A stretch of DNA of 64,000 bases from the IMG/VR virus record IMGVR_UViG_3300030109_003751, positions 3,977 through 67,976 of that record; one strand, 5' to 3'. Shown here piece after piece: positions 35,827 through 46,272 of the stretch (position 1 is its first letter; the number at the start of each line of letters is the position of its first letter). Under the pieces are notes generated by a model. That model had not been told where the DNA came from and searched no databases. It was given only the letters and a program-made list of their open reading frames with translations. Source of the DNA: a virus. A program made the translations under genes and the position numbers.

Positions 35827-37011
35827 TTATTTTAATGTTATATTTAAACCAATGTTACTATTAAATATTTTTGAATCCCAAAATTTAGTATATTCACCTT
35901 CAACAAATACACCAAACATCTTTCCAATTTTCCACCCAAACATTAAACCATATTGATAATCACTCCATTGCTCGTGAACAGAAAAAGGTCTTAAACCTCC
36001 CTTGCCCCAGTTGTTTCTATTTAAATAACTAAAATCTTCATCTCCTTTTATATATCTATGATAAGGTAATATCCAATTAAAGTAACTATGTAGCCAAAAA
36101 TTATTTTGGTAATGATAAAAATCTAAACCGACAATAGGTGCAATCTCACCGTATGGATCTAATGTATCCAATATTTCGTTATTATAGCGATTCATTAAAT
36201 CTCCAAAAACCTCATCTCTAAACACCTCATCTGTGTGAGCTACAAGTACATCATTTTCATCCATCCAAAACCATGCTGGAAATTGTACAAAATTTCCTTC
36301 TTGATCATAATATTCTGCAACATAGTATGTATCATAATACCCATACTCATAACCTAGTGTATACCAAGGATTAGCTGCTAACCCATTTTCATCTTCTTCA
36401 TTTAACCATATTTCTATAGGATTATAACCGTAAGCTTTTTCATGGGTACGGTAAATTGCTCCAGCTGATATACTAAATTTTTTACCAATAGGTAACCTTA
36501 CTCTAGCTTCAGCAGAATTATATTTAAAACCTATATTTCCTTGAGATCGTTGTTCAAGCTTTACAATATGATTTTTACCGGTATGTCTGATAAAGTATCT
36601 ACTATTTATCCATTCTTCTCCACGTTTTCTTTCTTTTTCATAATGTATTAAATATTCAAAACCTTTTATTGCAGCTGATGGAGCAGATAAAGCCATATTG
36701 TTTTCGGTACCATTATAAAAATTAGAACCCTTAACCTCATAATCAAATCGAGCAAGCTTTCTAATACCAATACCATATCTATAATCAAATGGATGATATA
36801 CTGTTTCATCTACCACTTGTGGAATAGCATATAGGTTATCTGGATTTGTTCTTACAAAATATTCAGGTCTCTGAGTTTCATAAGGGCTTGTAGCATTACC
36901 AGCCACGTATACTGTTCCATACTTTAAAAAGTCTTCATATAAGTCTTTAAAAAATTGAGCGTTTGAATTTTGTGTTATTAATAAACAAATAATTAATAAT
37001 ATTTTTCTCAT
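35827..37011 (-). CDS. Exported protein, putative outer-membrane beta-barrel
   Basis: Signal peptide SNA-Q; aromatic-rich alternating strands (YQYGLMFGWK, GVFVEGEY, NIGLNITL). Confidence 0.55.
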   Translation of the reverse strand: MRKILLIICLLITQNSNAQFFKDLYEDFLKYGTVYVAGNATSPYETQRPEYFVRTNPDNLYAIPQVVDETVYHPFDYRYGIGIRKLARFDYEVKGSNFYNGTENNMALSAPSAAIKGFEYLIHYEKERKRGEEWINSRYFIRHTGKNHIVKLEQRSQGNIGFKYNSAEARVRLPIGKKFSISAGAIYRTHEKAYGYNPIEIWLNEEDENGLAANPWYTLGYEYGYYDTYYVAEYYDQEGNFVQFPAWFWMDENDVLVAHTDEVFRDEVFGDLMNRYNNEILDTLDPYGEIAPIVGLDFYHYQNNFWLHSYFNWILPYHRYIKGDEDFSYLNRNNWGKGGLRPFSVHEQWSDYQYGLMFGWKIGKMFGVFVEGEYTKFWDSKIFNSNIGLNITLK

Positions 37012-37058
37012 TTTGTGTTTTATTTTTTAAACGTTAATCATTTAAGATTATATATAAT

Positions 37059-40000
37059 TTAATTATCAAGAATTGTTCGTGTTTTTCTTGATGATTTATA
37101 TTTTTTCTTTTTTCTATCTGTTGAGGTTTTAGCTCCTTGTTCTAGTTCCCATAAAGACCAACCACTTAATAAGGCTAATTTTTGCCAAACCTCTGTATCT
37201 TCACCAACAGCATCAGCTATGTTATTAGTTTTTCTAATTAATCTATCCAAAGGCACATTAGTTGTTGCTGAAATTATCTGACCACCAGCCATGTAACCTG
37301 GGTTATCTAAACTAAATCCTTTTTCTTGTATTTCCTTTGCGTTCCAATCAACTGTTCTCAAAGCAGATCTTACTTTTGTAACTTTAGAAGATATAGGTGG
37401 GGAAAAATCTAACATCTCCCATGTTGCATTTTCATATTTAGGATTTCCTTTTTGATCTTCTTCATATAGTTTAACTAATATATTTTTAACAGTACTAACA
37501 GCAGCACCACCAATTCCTATTCCTCTTAATATAGAATCCATCATACCATTACCTAACCTAATAGCTCTACTTTCATCAATCTCTTCTTCATCGTTAAATA
37601 ACATAGTAAATAAAGCTTGCTGTATAGCGTTAAATATAAAGTTCTGTACTACACCATAGTAAGCTATTTTAGACATGTTTGTTTTCCAATCACCTCTTCT
37701 ATCTTTTAAATCTAAAAATGCTTTCTTCTGTAACCTAGCATACTGCATTGGGGTATTAGCAAACGCTAATATAATTCTACCAGCAGCTGAAGCTTGTTCC
37801 ATACTTATTCTATCTGTTCTACTAGATTGTTGACTTTCTTCTGAAATATTATACCAATCTAAATAAGCTTGTTCGTCTGCTTGCTTAGTATTTAAACCTT
37901 GTTTCTTGTAAGTATTAATTCTATTTCTATAAAAACTAGCACCACCAGAAGCAATAGCAAAGCTATCTGCAAATTGTGTTAGTACGAATCCCTTTTTTAA
38001 TAAGTAACTTATAACACCATTAACACCTTGTGGTCCCGTGGCAGCATCAGCAATTTCTGATTCAGTTACATTTATTTGTAATCCTTTTCTTCTTGTTACA
38101 AGATAATCAGAATTAATAAGCTTCATAAAGTCACTCCAAAATTGTTTTTGATTTGCAAATGCGATACCAGCTTTTAAAGGATTGTTATCTGTCCAGTTCA
38201 TATAGTTAATAGCGGATATAGTTTGTAGTACAGCAGATCTTGTATTTAAGAACATAATTGCACCAACAGAGTTATTCACCCAATCTAAAACATTATTAAC
38301 TACTCTATTACCTGTATCTAGTTTATTAGAACCTTTTTGCATACGAGTTAAAGTATTTCTTAAAGCCTCTACATATTTAGTTCCATAAGCAGCTTCAAGT
38401 TTATTCATGTTTTCTGTTGAAAATATAATATCAACATTTTCTTGCCACTCTTGTAAATATTCTTTTCTATTAATTTTATTTATACCACCAATTAAATCAG
38501 TTGTTAAATTACCAGCCAACCAAGTTTCTTCTGGAGCAGGGTAGGGTTTTCCTTTTTGAATTCTAATTAATTCATTAGCGAAACTATTTAACTCTTTATT
38601 ATCAGTTATAAATTTTTTCAATTGATTTATATCTCTTTTTGCTAGTCCAGGAATTTCCTCTCCTTGTTTATTCCATATATAAACTCTTAATGCTTGTTCA
38701 TATGTAAATCCATCAACAGCTTCTTTTTTTAAGGTTTTAGGAATTGTTTTATAATTTCTTTTTAATTGTTTAAAATCATTAGCCGTGGATATTCTATCTT
38801 GTGTTATTGTTGCCTCTGCTCTATTAAATGGATCTAATAAGTTTGTTTTAAACCAAGCCATTTGAGCATCTCCTTCTTTTCCTTTACCAAGTAATGGATA
38901 AATTAAACCTGTAAAATCTTCAGCAGAGTAAGGAATCCAGAAATTAAATCTACCTTTACTAGCTCCAACGGTTTTAGCTCGTGCTGGAGAATATTGAGCC
39001 TCTCTTGCTAAACCAGTTTTCTTTTCTAGTATTATATTAAATTCTTTATTTAATTTTTTAGTTTTACTAAACTTAGCTTGTTGTACTTTAGATTTAACAT
39101 CTATTTGATCTAATATTTGTTTAACTGCTTTTACGTTTTTAATAGCGTCATCAGCAAAATAAAAATTATTATATCCTTTAGCTGCTTTGTCTGCCACCCA
39201 ATTTGCTTTTGCTTGAGGTGTACCATCTTCTAAACCAGTTATATTATCTAAAGGAATTTCTAAACCTATACCTTTTAAGAACCTATGAATAGCTGTCGCT
39301 GCTTGTTGTGGTCGTGCTGTTAAAACAAAAATATCTTTACTACCAAACTTACCTTGACGTTTTAAAGCAAGATCTGCTAAAGGTCCTTTTTTACCCTTAA
39401 TAACTTTATTAAATTCAGAAAAATCAAAAACAGCTCCCGCATCTTCTAATGATTTAGATTTAACCGCGAATTCCGTAGCACTAAGTTTACCTTTCTTTCC
39501 ATTAGGGAGCGTGTAAAGTACCTTAGATTGAGTTTTAGCTAGAGTATCATCAAAATCAAAAACACTAATACCTTTTTCCGGTGTTTTTAAAGCTCTTCCT
39601 AATTTAGCAGCTTCATCATAGTTTGATAAAGTTTGTAATTGACCAATAGAAGATTTAGTTCTACTTAATTTATCAGGGAAAACTTTACTATTTTTATTAG
39701 CGGCTTTGTCTTGAGATTCTAAATTTTTCAAGGTTGTTAATTGTCCATCGGCACCTACTTTAAATTTATCAAAAGCAGTTTTACCATCTATAAAAACTAA
39801 AGATCTAGTATCAATACCACCCTCGTCTTTTGCTACGTCATTATTAAAGTATCTTTGCCACCAATAATTATTTAACAATCTCCATCCTTTAGGCATTTTC
39901 TCTGATAGCTTCGCTGTATTTAGTTTACCATTATCAAATTTATCTAATGCTATTAATTTATAATTATCCATAACAGCAGCATATTCATTTTTAAAGTTTC

Positions 40001-43000
40001 CGTTTTCTAAACTAATATTTAATAAATATAAATATGCGGCAGTAGCTGGCACAGCATGTTCCCACTCGTATGTTCTACCTTTAAATCCTTTTGGATTAAT
40101 AGATCTTGCAACAAGCTCTGCACCTTGTCTATGAGCGTGATCAGACAGGTTGCCAGTCATCTTTAAAAAATTACCTATTACCCTAGCGTTTTCTTTATTA
40201 TCTCTAATACTCTTATCTATTCTCTCCCACATTTGACGATGCATGCTAGTATTAATTTCATTATATTTTTTAACAGTACCATCTTTAAAAGCTTTGTTTA
40301 CTTTGCTTTCATTTTCTCCAAATATGTTATCATAAGGTCTAGCTTTCCATTCCTTTCCTTTACCTGTAAAGTCTTTTCCATACGTTAAATCTGAATCCAT
40401 TAATAGATTATCTCTTTGTTGAGTATAGTAGTTATCTACCGTTGTTTTTGTACCGTCAACATTAATTTCTTTTTTACCTTTTAATGGAAGTATTCTATTG
40501 CTTGGTCTTAAAACTGTTTTATTTATAAATCCTTTTGGAAATAGTGGTATTAATATATTTTTAACAGCTGTAATATATTCGTCTATATTTTCTTTAGTAT
40601 CTAATTTATAAGTTGGTTTACCAATGGTAACTTCTAATAACTTATCAATACGTTTATCAGGATTAAACTCTTGATCAATAATTTTTTGACTAATAGAAAA
40701 CTTTTCTTCCATGTCTCTATCAATCTGTTTGCCTATAAGAGCTGTTTCTTCTGTGGTATCAATAACATCTTTTTCTAATTCCCTTATAGCTTTTCTTTTT
40801 TCAGCAACCTCGGTAGTTTGAGATACTTCAGGTGTAGCATCAAAGCCTAATTCTTCGGCTATAGCATCGGCTAAAGCATCTTTACGAGTTCCTTTAGTAG
40901 ATGGTGCCACATCATCTCCTAGGAAATGATTAATAAAATCTTGTTGAGTAACAGCTTTTTTATTATATAAAGTAGGGCCAGATGTTCTATTAACATTCCA
41001 AGCTAATTTTCTATCTTTAATAGCTTGATCCACTTCTGTAGGGCTAATATTTGTTTTAACAACTTTAGTAAATACCCTATCATTAGGTGATTTCATTCTT
41101 TCAAATTTAACCAATGTGGTTACAGGTAATTTATCAACAATTGTTTTCCAGTTTTTCTTTAAAAAGTTTTTATACTCTTGTCTTGTACCCATTAAGTTAG
41201 CAACAGGAGTTTTTAATTCTGTTTTATATATTTTACTAAGATCGTCTTTGAATTGTTTATTTGTAGCACTTGGTAATTTAGTACCAAAAGCTTTTTTAAC
41301 AGCACCTTTTACTTTATCAACTAACTCAGTATCTATTTCTAATAATTTTCTAAATGATTTTGGTTTAGTTTTTTCTTTAGTTTTTATAATTTCTTCTTCT
41401 ACTATAGTATCTTCTGCCGTTTGAGGAGATGTTACTGCTCTAGCCTCTGTTACATCACTTGTGAATTCAGTATCCAATACTCTGTTAGCTGCCTCAATTG
41501 TTCTAGCTTTTAAATATTTGTTTATGTAAGCGGCTAAAGGAACACCTTGTTCAGGTCGATAAGCACTAATTAAATCATACACACCACGTGGACCAGTTAA
41601 TATTTCATCTATTAAAATATCCTTGTTGGTTGTGTAACCAGGCACCGTATTAAAGTTACTAGCTAACTTAGCGGCCATTGGTTTATATTCTTCTATAATT
41701 TCAAAAGCTCCTTGTAATCCCTTTTCATTATATATATCTTGAACTTTAATAGAAGCTGATTTAGATAATTTATCTCCTTTAATAGTTCTAGCCCCTTTAG
41801 TTTGTACAGTAATATTTTTAGTAGCTCCTTCAATATTTCTAGTATATTCTTTTATAAAATCCCTTATACCTTTACCTGTTTTAAAATCTGCTTTAGCCCA
41901 TCCAAACTTTCTAAGTACTGGTAAAATTACTTTATCTTTTATCTTAGTTAATATCCCTTCGTCACCTTTTATATCACCCTCTTTTATCATAGAAGAATAC
42001 ACAGTGAAATACTCATCAGGATTTTCTTTTAAATATTTAGAATCATAATTTTCTGTAACTCTTTTTTCTAATAAAGTTAATTCGTCTTTAGATAAACTAT
42101 CTTTAAAATCATTAACTAATTTATCAACTTGAGTTTTATCAGAGAATTGATTATTTAATATACGATGTAATAACTCATGTTGTGGTGCACTAAAAGCTCC
42201 AGTTTCTTTTGCTGCTTCTTTATTAATATATATTTGACCAGCCTTGTCTATAAACGCATCAACACCATCTTTTTCTTTCCCAAATTTCTCTATAAACTCT
42301 TTGTTTGTTTCAAATGTAGTTGTAGCGTCGAAACCTAAATCTTTCGCGATTACATCAACCTGTTCTGTTTCTGTGGCTAATTGACCCTCAACAGCCTCTT
42401 TTCTAATGTCATCTAGTTCTTTATCTATAGCATTTGATTGATTATTAATAGCTCTTTGATAACCACCTAGTTGTTGTTTAGTTATTTCCCCTGCGCTTAG
42501 TTGATCTCTTAAACTAATAGACTGCTTATATAGATTATCTTTCTTATCCATTAACTCTATAAGTCTATTCTTTTGAGATGAATCTAAATAACCCACTATA
42601 TCATCATTACTTTTAATATAATCTTTTAGTTCACTTGTAACTCTTTGTATTTCCCCTTCAATAATAGGTTTGTTTTTTGGACTTGCTTGACCTTTTTGTA
42701 AACCTAATGCGGATAATTCTTGAATTTTTCTATTAACAAATCTAGTACCATCAGTACCATTTCTTAAAGCTCTATTTATCTGTCTACCTCCACCAGCTAA
42801 AACACCAGCTCCAACCACTCCTCTAATATATGATTCCAAACCATCATCTGACAACATTTTGTCCCAAGCTACTTGCCCAGATTCTAACATTGATTTACCT
42901 TGGGCTAATTCTAAATTTATTGTTTCAGCACCAAGCTGTCCCCACTCTGTTAAACCCTCTCTTTGTGTTGTTGTAAGTAATGTAGCAGCACCTCTACTTA

Positions 43001-44219
43001 AAAAGCTTTTTTGCATAACATACTTTGACATACCCTTTATCCCAAATCTTTCCATTCCAATTGAAACAGCGGTTAAAGCGGTTGGTGCTATAACGTCAGT
43101 TTGTTCTGTAAAAATTAAATCTTCTAGTGGATTTTCTGAATCAGGGAAAAGATGTTCTGCTTTTTGAATTTGATAATCAGCAACCATAGGTCCACCAATT
43201 TGTCCAATTAAACTTAAACCCCGTGTTGCAACGGCCGGACCAACAGTCGCAAACATGTCTGCCACTGTCTCAACTGTACCAACTAAAGCATCTCCAGGAT
43301 TTGAAGCCGCATACGAAGGTAGCATGGTGGGTGCGACTGAACCTAAACCTTTAACAATACCGGTACCTGTAGGTAACCTTGATTCTGTAATCTCTTTGTA
43401 TCCACCAAAGTTTTTGATTAAATAATCATAAGAAGCTTTACCAACTTGTTCTCTAGTGTTAGAATATATAGCTTTAATTCTACCTGTTTGTGAGCCTTCT
43501 ATGTCGTTTAAAAACCCATCATTGTGTCCACGTTGTGCTTTGTCTAATTCTTTCCACCTATCAGGGTTTATGTTTATATCTATTTCTTCCCCGTTAACTG
43601 GATCTATATATATTACATCACCTTGTTTTTTACTCCAACTAAGATAACCCTCTGAATATGGCTGCTCAATTTCAAGTAGTGTTTCTCCTTTTTCATTTTT
43701 CACAGGAGTTGTAACGTTTCCTCGCACCATATAATCTGATAATTTATTAGCCTCGATAAATGGTTGATATTCAGCTAATGATCTTTCTAATAAATGCCAC
43801 CATCCTTTAGAAGAAGGTATTGCACCAGTGAAACCACCCGGGTTACTTAAAAAATTTTTACCTACATTTTCTAATTTTTCCCAAGTTGTTAGATCATAAC
43901 CATACGGATCTTTTTCTTCTTGTATTTCAAAATCAAATTCATCAGCAACATTATCAATAATTTTTTTATTTTCTTCTCTTTGATCACCAGCTTCTTTGTC
44001 ATCACCAACACTTTTAGATATTTGAACAACTTCTTGAGGTTCTAATAAAGTACTACCCGGTTGTATACCTTTGTTTTCATCTTGATTAATTGGTTCTACG
44101 GTTTCTTCTTCTACTATAGTTTGTTCAACCACAACCGCATCAGGATAATCTTTTAAAAAACCCTCTACCAATTCATCAGGAATATCGTATATATCGTTTC
44201 CTACTTTATATTTTGGCAT
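37059..44219 (-). CDS. Giant internal virion/ejection polyvalent protein
   Basis: 2386 aa after the tail genes; HELLH zincin motif, sigma-2-like segment, HAD motif FDFDDTL. Confidence 0.7.
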   Translation of the reverse strand: MPKYKVGNDIYDIPDELVEGFLKDYPDAVVVEQTIVEEETVEPINQDENKGIQPGSTLLEPQEVVQISKSVGDDKEAGDQREENKKIIDNVADEFDFEIQEEKDPYGYDLTTWEKLENVGKNFLSNPGGFTGAIPSSKGWWHLLERSLAEYQPFIEANKLSDYMVRGNVTTPVKNEKGETLLEIEQPYSEGYLSWSKKQGDVIYIDPVNGEEIDININPDRWKELDKAQRGHNDGFLNDIEGSQTGRIKAIYSNTREQVGKASYDYLIKNFGGYKEITESRLPTGTGIVKGLGSVAPTMLPSYAASNPGDALVGTVETVADMFATVGPAVATRGLSLIGQIGGPMVADYQIQKAEHLFPDSENPLEDLIFTEQTDVIAPTALTAVSIGMERFGIKGMSKYVMQKSFLSRGAATLLTTTQREGLTEWGQLGAETINLELAQGKSMLESGQVAWDKMLSDDGLESYIRGVVGAGVLAGGGRQINRALRNGTDGTRFVNRKIQELSALGLQKGQASPKNKPIIEGEIQRVTSELKDYIKSNDDIVGYLDSSQKNRLIELMDKKDNLYKQSISLRDQLSAGEITKQQLGGYQRAINNQSNAIDKELDDIRKEAVEGQLATETEQVDVIAKDLGFDATTTFETNKEFIEKFGKEKDGVDAFIDKAGQIYINKEAAKETGAFSAPQHELLHRILNNQFSDKTQVDKLVNDFKDSLSKDELTLLEKRVTENYDSKYLKENPDEYFTVYSSMIKEGDIKGDEGILTKIKDKVILPVLRKFGWAKADFKTGKGIRDFIKEYTRNIEGATKNITVQTKGARTIKGDKLSKSASIKVQDIYNEKGLQGAFEIIEEYKPMAAKLASNFNTVPGYTTNKDILIDEILTGPRGVYDLISAYRPEQGVPLAAYINKYLKARTIEAANRVLDTEFTSDVTEARAVTSPQTAEDTIVEEEIIKTKEKTKPKSFRKLLEIDTELVDKVKGAVKKAFGTKLPSATNKQFKDDLSKIYKTELKTPVANLMGTRQEYKNFLKKNWKTIVDKLPVTTLVKFERMKSPNDRVFTKVVKTNISPTEVDQAIKDRKLAWNVNRTSGPTLYNKKAVTQQDFINHFLGDDVAPSTKGTRKDALADAIAEELGFDATPEVSQTTEVAEKRKAIRELEKDVIDTTEETALIGKQIDRDMEEKFSISQKIIDQEFNPDKRIDKLLEVTIGKPTYKLDTKENIDEYITAVKNILIPLFPKGFINKTVLRPSNRILPLKGKKEINVDGTKTTVDNYYTQQRDNLLMDSDLTYGKDFTGKGKEWKARPYDNIFGENESKVNKAFKDGTVKKYNEINTSMHRQMWERIDKSIRDNKENARVIGNFLKMTGNLSDHAHRQGAELVARSINPKGFKGRTYEWEHAVPATAAYLYLLNISLENGNFKNEYAAVMDNYKLIALDKFDNGKLNTAKLSEKMPKGWRLLNNYWWQRYFNNDVAKDEGGIDTRSLVFIDGKTAFDKFKVGADGQLTTLKNLESQDKAANKNSKVFPDKLSRTKSSIGQLQTLSNYDEAAKLGRALKTPEKGISVFDFDDTLAKTQSKVLYTLPNGKKGKLSATEFAVKSKSLEDAGAVFDFSEFNKVIKGKKGPLADLALKRQGKFGSKDIFVLTARPQQAATAIHRFLKGIGLEIPLDNITGLEDGTPQAKANWVADKAAKGYNNFYFADDAIKNVKAVKQILDQIDVKSKVQQAKFSKTKKLNKEFNIILEKKTGLAREAQYSPARAKTVGASKGRFNFWIPYSAEDFTGLIYPLLGKGKEGDAQMAWFKTNLLDPFNRAEATITQDRISTANDFKQLKRNYKTIPKTLKKEAVDGFTYEQALRVYIWNKQGEEIPGLAKRDINQLKKFITDNKELNSFANELIRIQKGKPYPAPEETWLAGNLTTDLIGGINKINRKEYLQEWQENVDIIFSTENMNKLEAAYGTKYVEALRNTLTRMQKGSNKLDTGNRVVNNVLDWVNNSVGAIMFLNTRSAVLQTISAINYMNWTDNNPLKAGIAFANQKQFWSDFMKLINSDYLVTRRKGLQINVTESEIADAATGPQGVNGVISYLLKKGFVLTQFADSFAIASGGASFYRNRINTYKKQGLNTKQADEQAYLDWYNISEESQQSSRTDRISMEQASAAGRIILAFANTPMQYARLQKKAFLDLKDRRGDWKTNMSKIAYYGVVQNFIFNAIQQALFTMLFNDEEEIDESRAIRLGNGMMDSILRGIGIGGAAVSTVKNILVKLYEEDQKGNPKYENATWEMLDFSPPISSKVTKVRSALRTVDWNAKEIQEKGFSLDNPGYMAGGQIISATTNVPLDRLIRKTNNIADAVGEDTEVWQKLALLSGWSLWELEQGAKTSTDRKKKKYKSSRKTRTILDN

Positions 44220-44224
44220 AATAT

Positions 44225-46270
44225 TTAATTTGTTTTATAGTTATTCCAGTCTGTTTTTTTTGTTGGCTTATTAGCTTGGGTAAATCCAACTTTAGTAAAT
44301 GATTCTTCTAATACGTTTAACAACTCTTGTTTCCAACTACCGTCTTTATCAATCTTTATTTCTACTCCATTTGGTAGTTCAATTGCGTTCCCCATTCCTC
44401 TTTGAAAATCAGCAGTCTTAGGATCAATACCATACATCTCAGCTATTGTCATTTTTTGTGATTTACCACTAGCTTTACCCTCTTCTGTTAACGTTTCAAC
44501 ATCAAACTTATGGGTTGTTAAGAAGTTTTCTACTGCTTCTTCTGTATTTTTACCCTCATAGTTTTCTAAAGATTTTCTAAAGTTTTTAAGTGATGGGGAC
44601 CAATCTATTTTTTCTCCTCCATAAGAAACAAAATCACCACCACCTTTAGCGGTAGGAGTTCCAACTAAACCTAAAAATTGTAATATCTTATCTAGTTCAC
44701 CTGGTTGTCTAACATTAAAGTTTAATATATCTCCTTGTTTACCGGTAGATGTAGTTTTACTTTTTAATATAAAGTCATATTCTTTACCATCAGGATCTTC
44801 TACAACGGTCATGTCTTTAATACCAGTTATGGGTTCAAGTAAATCTTTTAATTTATCATAATCTCCCCTACCGTACGCGTTAAAAGCTTTTCCAAACGCG
44901 GAACTAACATTGTTATATATTTTTCTATTAGATCTTTCTCTTTCTGTTCCACCACCATCACCATCATCATCACCTCCAGGTTTATAAGTATAAGGTTTAC
45001 TTTGTCCTATATAACCTTGTTTATTTTCTAGTTGAGATATACCATTTTCAGCTAACCATCCTAAAGCTTCACTAACTTTTAATGGATCTGCAGCATCCCA
45101 CTCACTATCTTTATTCATTGCATCGGTCCATATAACAGCCATATCATTATCTGGTGCTCCACCAGATTGAATCGGTGGATTAAGCAATGCATTATAACCA
45201 CCCATTTGTATTGTAGCTATCATTGCAGCTGTTCTACCATTAACATCATTTTTTGAAGGATCAACACTGCTATAAAAAGGATTTGGTATAGGTTGATTAT
45301 CCTTCATTACTAAACCAGGAATATTTAAATACGGTGACATTACATCCTTAACACTTGGGTCCTGTCTATTAGGCATAGAGCTTTTCCATGTGTACATATT
45401 TACAGCTTCTTTACCACCTGCGGCATTTGTGCCTGGTATAATAACCTCTTCATTTTCTCTATAAGTTCCCATTACCTGACCATCTACTGTAATAGCATCG
45501 TTTATAATATCTAAAGTTTCTTTAGTATAATCTGGCATAGTTTCAAACAACTCTCCACCTCTAGATTCCATATTTAAAAAAGACCCAATATCCATTTGAG
45601 CTCCTTTAGTAGTTATCTCATTACCATTATATGTATAGGTTTGAGGTGGCATATATAAAAATAATTTTCCTTTATTATCAACTAAACCAACATCTGCTCC
45701 ACCATGACCTGTTATAGATTTTAACATAACTTGTAGATCTGTTGGTGATTGAGACCAAATACTACCTTTTTCTCCTTGTGGTATTTTTAATTGTTGATCT
45801 AATAAACCTATAGTTTTTATTAAAGATGGTGCCGCGGTTTTATATTGAGTCATTAAACCTTCTAATTCTGACATAGCTCTTAAACCAGCACTTCTTCTTT
45901 CTGGGTGTTTATCAATATCATTTTTAATATCAATATATTTTTCTTTTAAAGCATAGAAAAAATCCATTTTATTTGTATCAAACGTAGTGTTTCCAGTATT
46001 AACTAAACCCTGTACTTGATTAAGTTGGTTTAATTCATATTCCATAGCTTCTTTATTTAACAACTCTTGTGCTGCTTTTTCCTCTTTAATAGCTTTTAAT
46101 TTCTTTTCTCGACTTAATAAACCTCCTTTAATAGCATCTTGCATTCCCTTGTTAAACACCTCAAAGCTTCTATCTCTGATATATTGAGGATTAGTATATG
46201 CGTCTTTACGAACTGATGGAGCCGAAAACTTAATTGAAGGTAAAACAGAGGGTATTGTATATTTTGCCAT
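44225..46270 (-). CDS. Putative internal virion/ejection protein
   Basis: 681 aa between the pilot-like gene and the giant gene. Confidence 0.5.
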   Translation of the reverse strand: MAKYTIPSVLPSIKFSAPSVRKDAYTNPQYIRDRSFEVFNKGMQDAIKGGLLSREKKLKAIKEEKAAQELLNKEAMEYELNQLNQVQGLVNTGNTTFDTNKMDFFYALKEKYIDIKNDIDKHPERRSAGLRAMSELEGLMTQYKTAAPSLIKTIGLLDQQLKIPQGEKGSIWSQSPTDLQVMLKSITGHGGADVGLVDNKGKLFLYMPPQTYTYNGNEITTKGAQMDIGSFLNMESRGGELFETMPDYTKETLDIINDAITVDGQVMGTYRENEEVIIPGTNAAGGKEAVNMYTWKSSMPNRQDPSVKDVMSPYLNIPGLVMKDNQPIPNPFYSSVDPSKNDVNGRTAAMIATIQMGGYNALLNPPIQSGGAPDNDMAVIWTDAMNKDSEWDAADPLKVSEALGWLAENGISQLENKQGYIGQSKPYTYKPGGDDDGDGGGTERERSNRKIYNNVSSAFGKAFNAYGRGDYDKLKDLLEPITGIKDMTVVEDPDGKEYDFILKSKTTSTGKQGDILNFNVRQPGELDKILQFLGLVGTPTAKGGGDFVSYGGEKIDWSPSLKNFRKSLENYEGKNTEEAVENFLTTHKFDVETLTEEGKASGKSQKMTIAEMYGIDPKTADFQRGMGNAIELPNGVEIKIDKDGSWKQELLNVLEESFTKVGFTQANKPTKKTDWNNYKTN

Positions 46271-46272
46271 AA

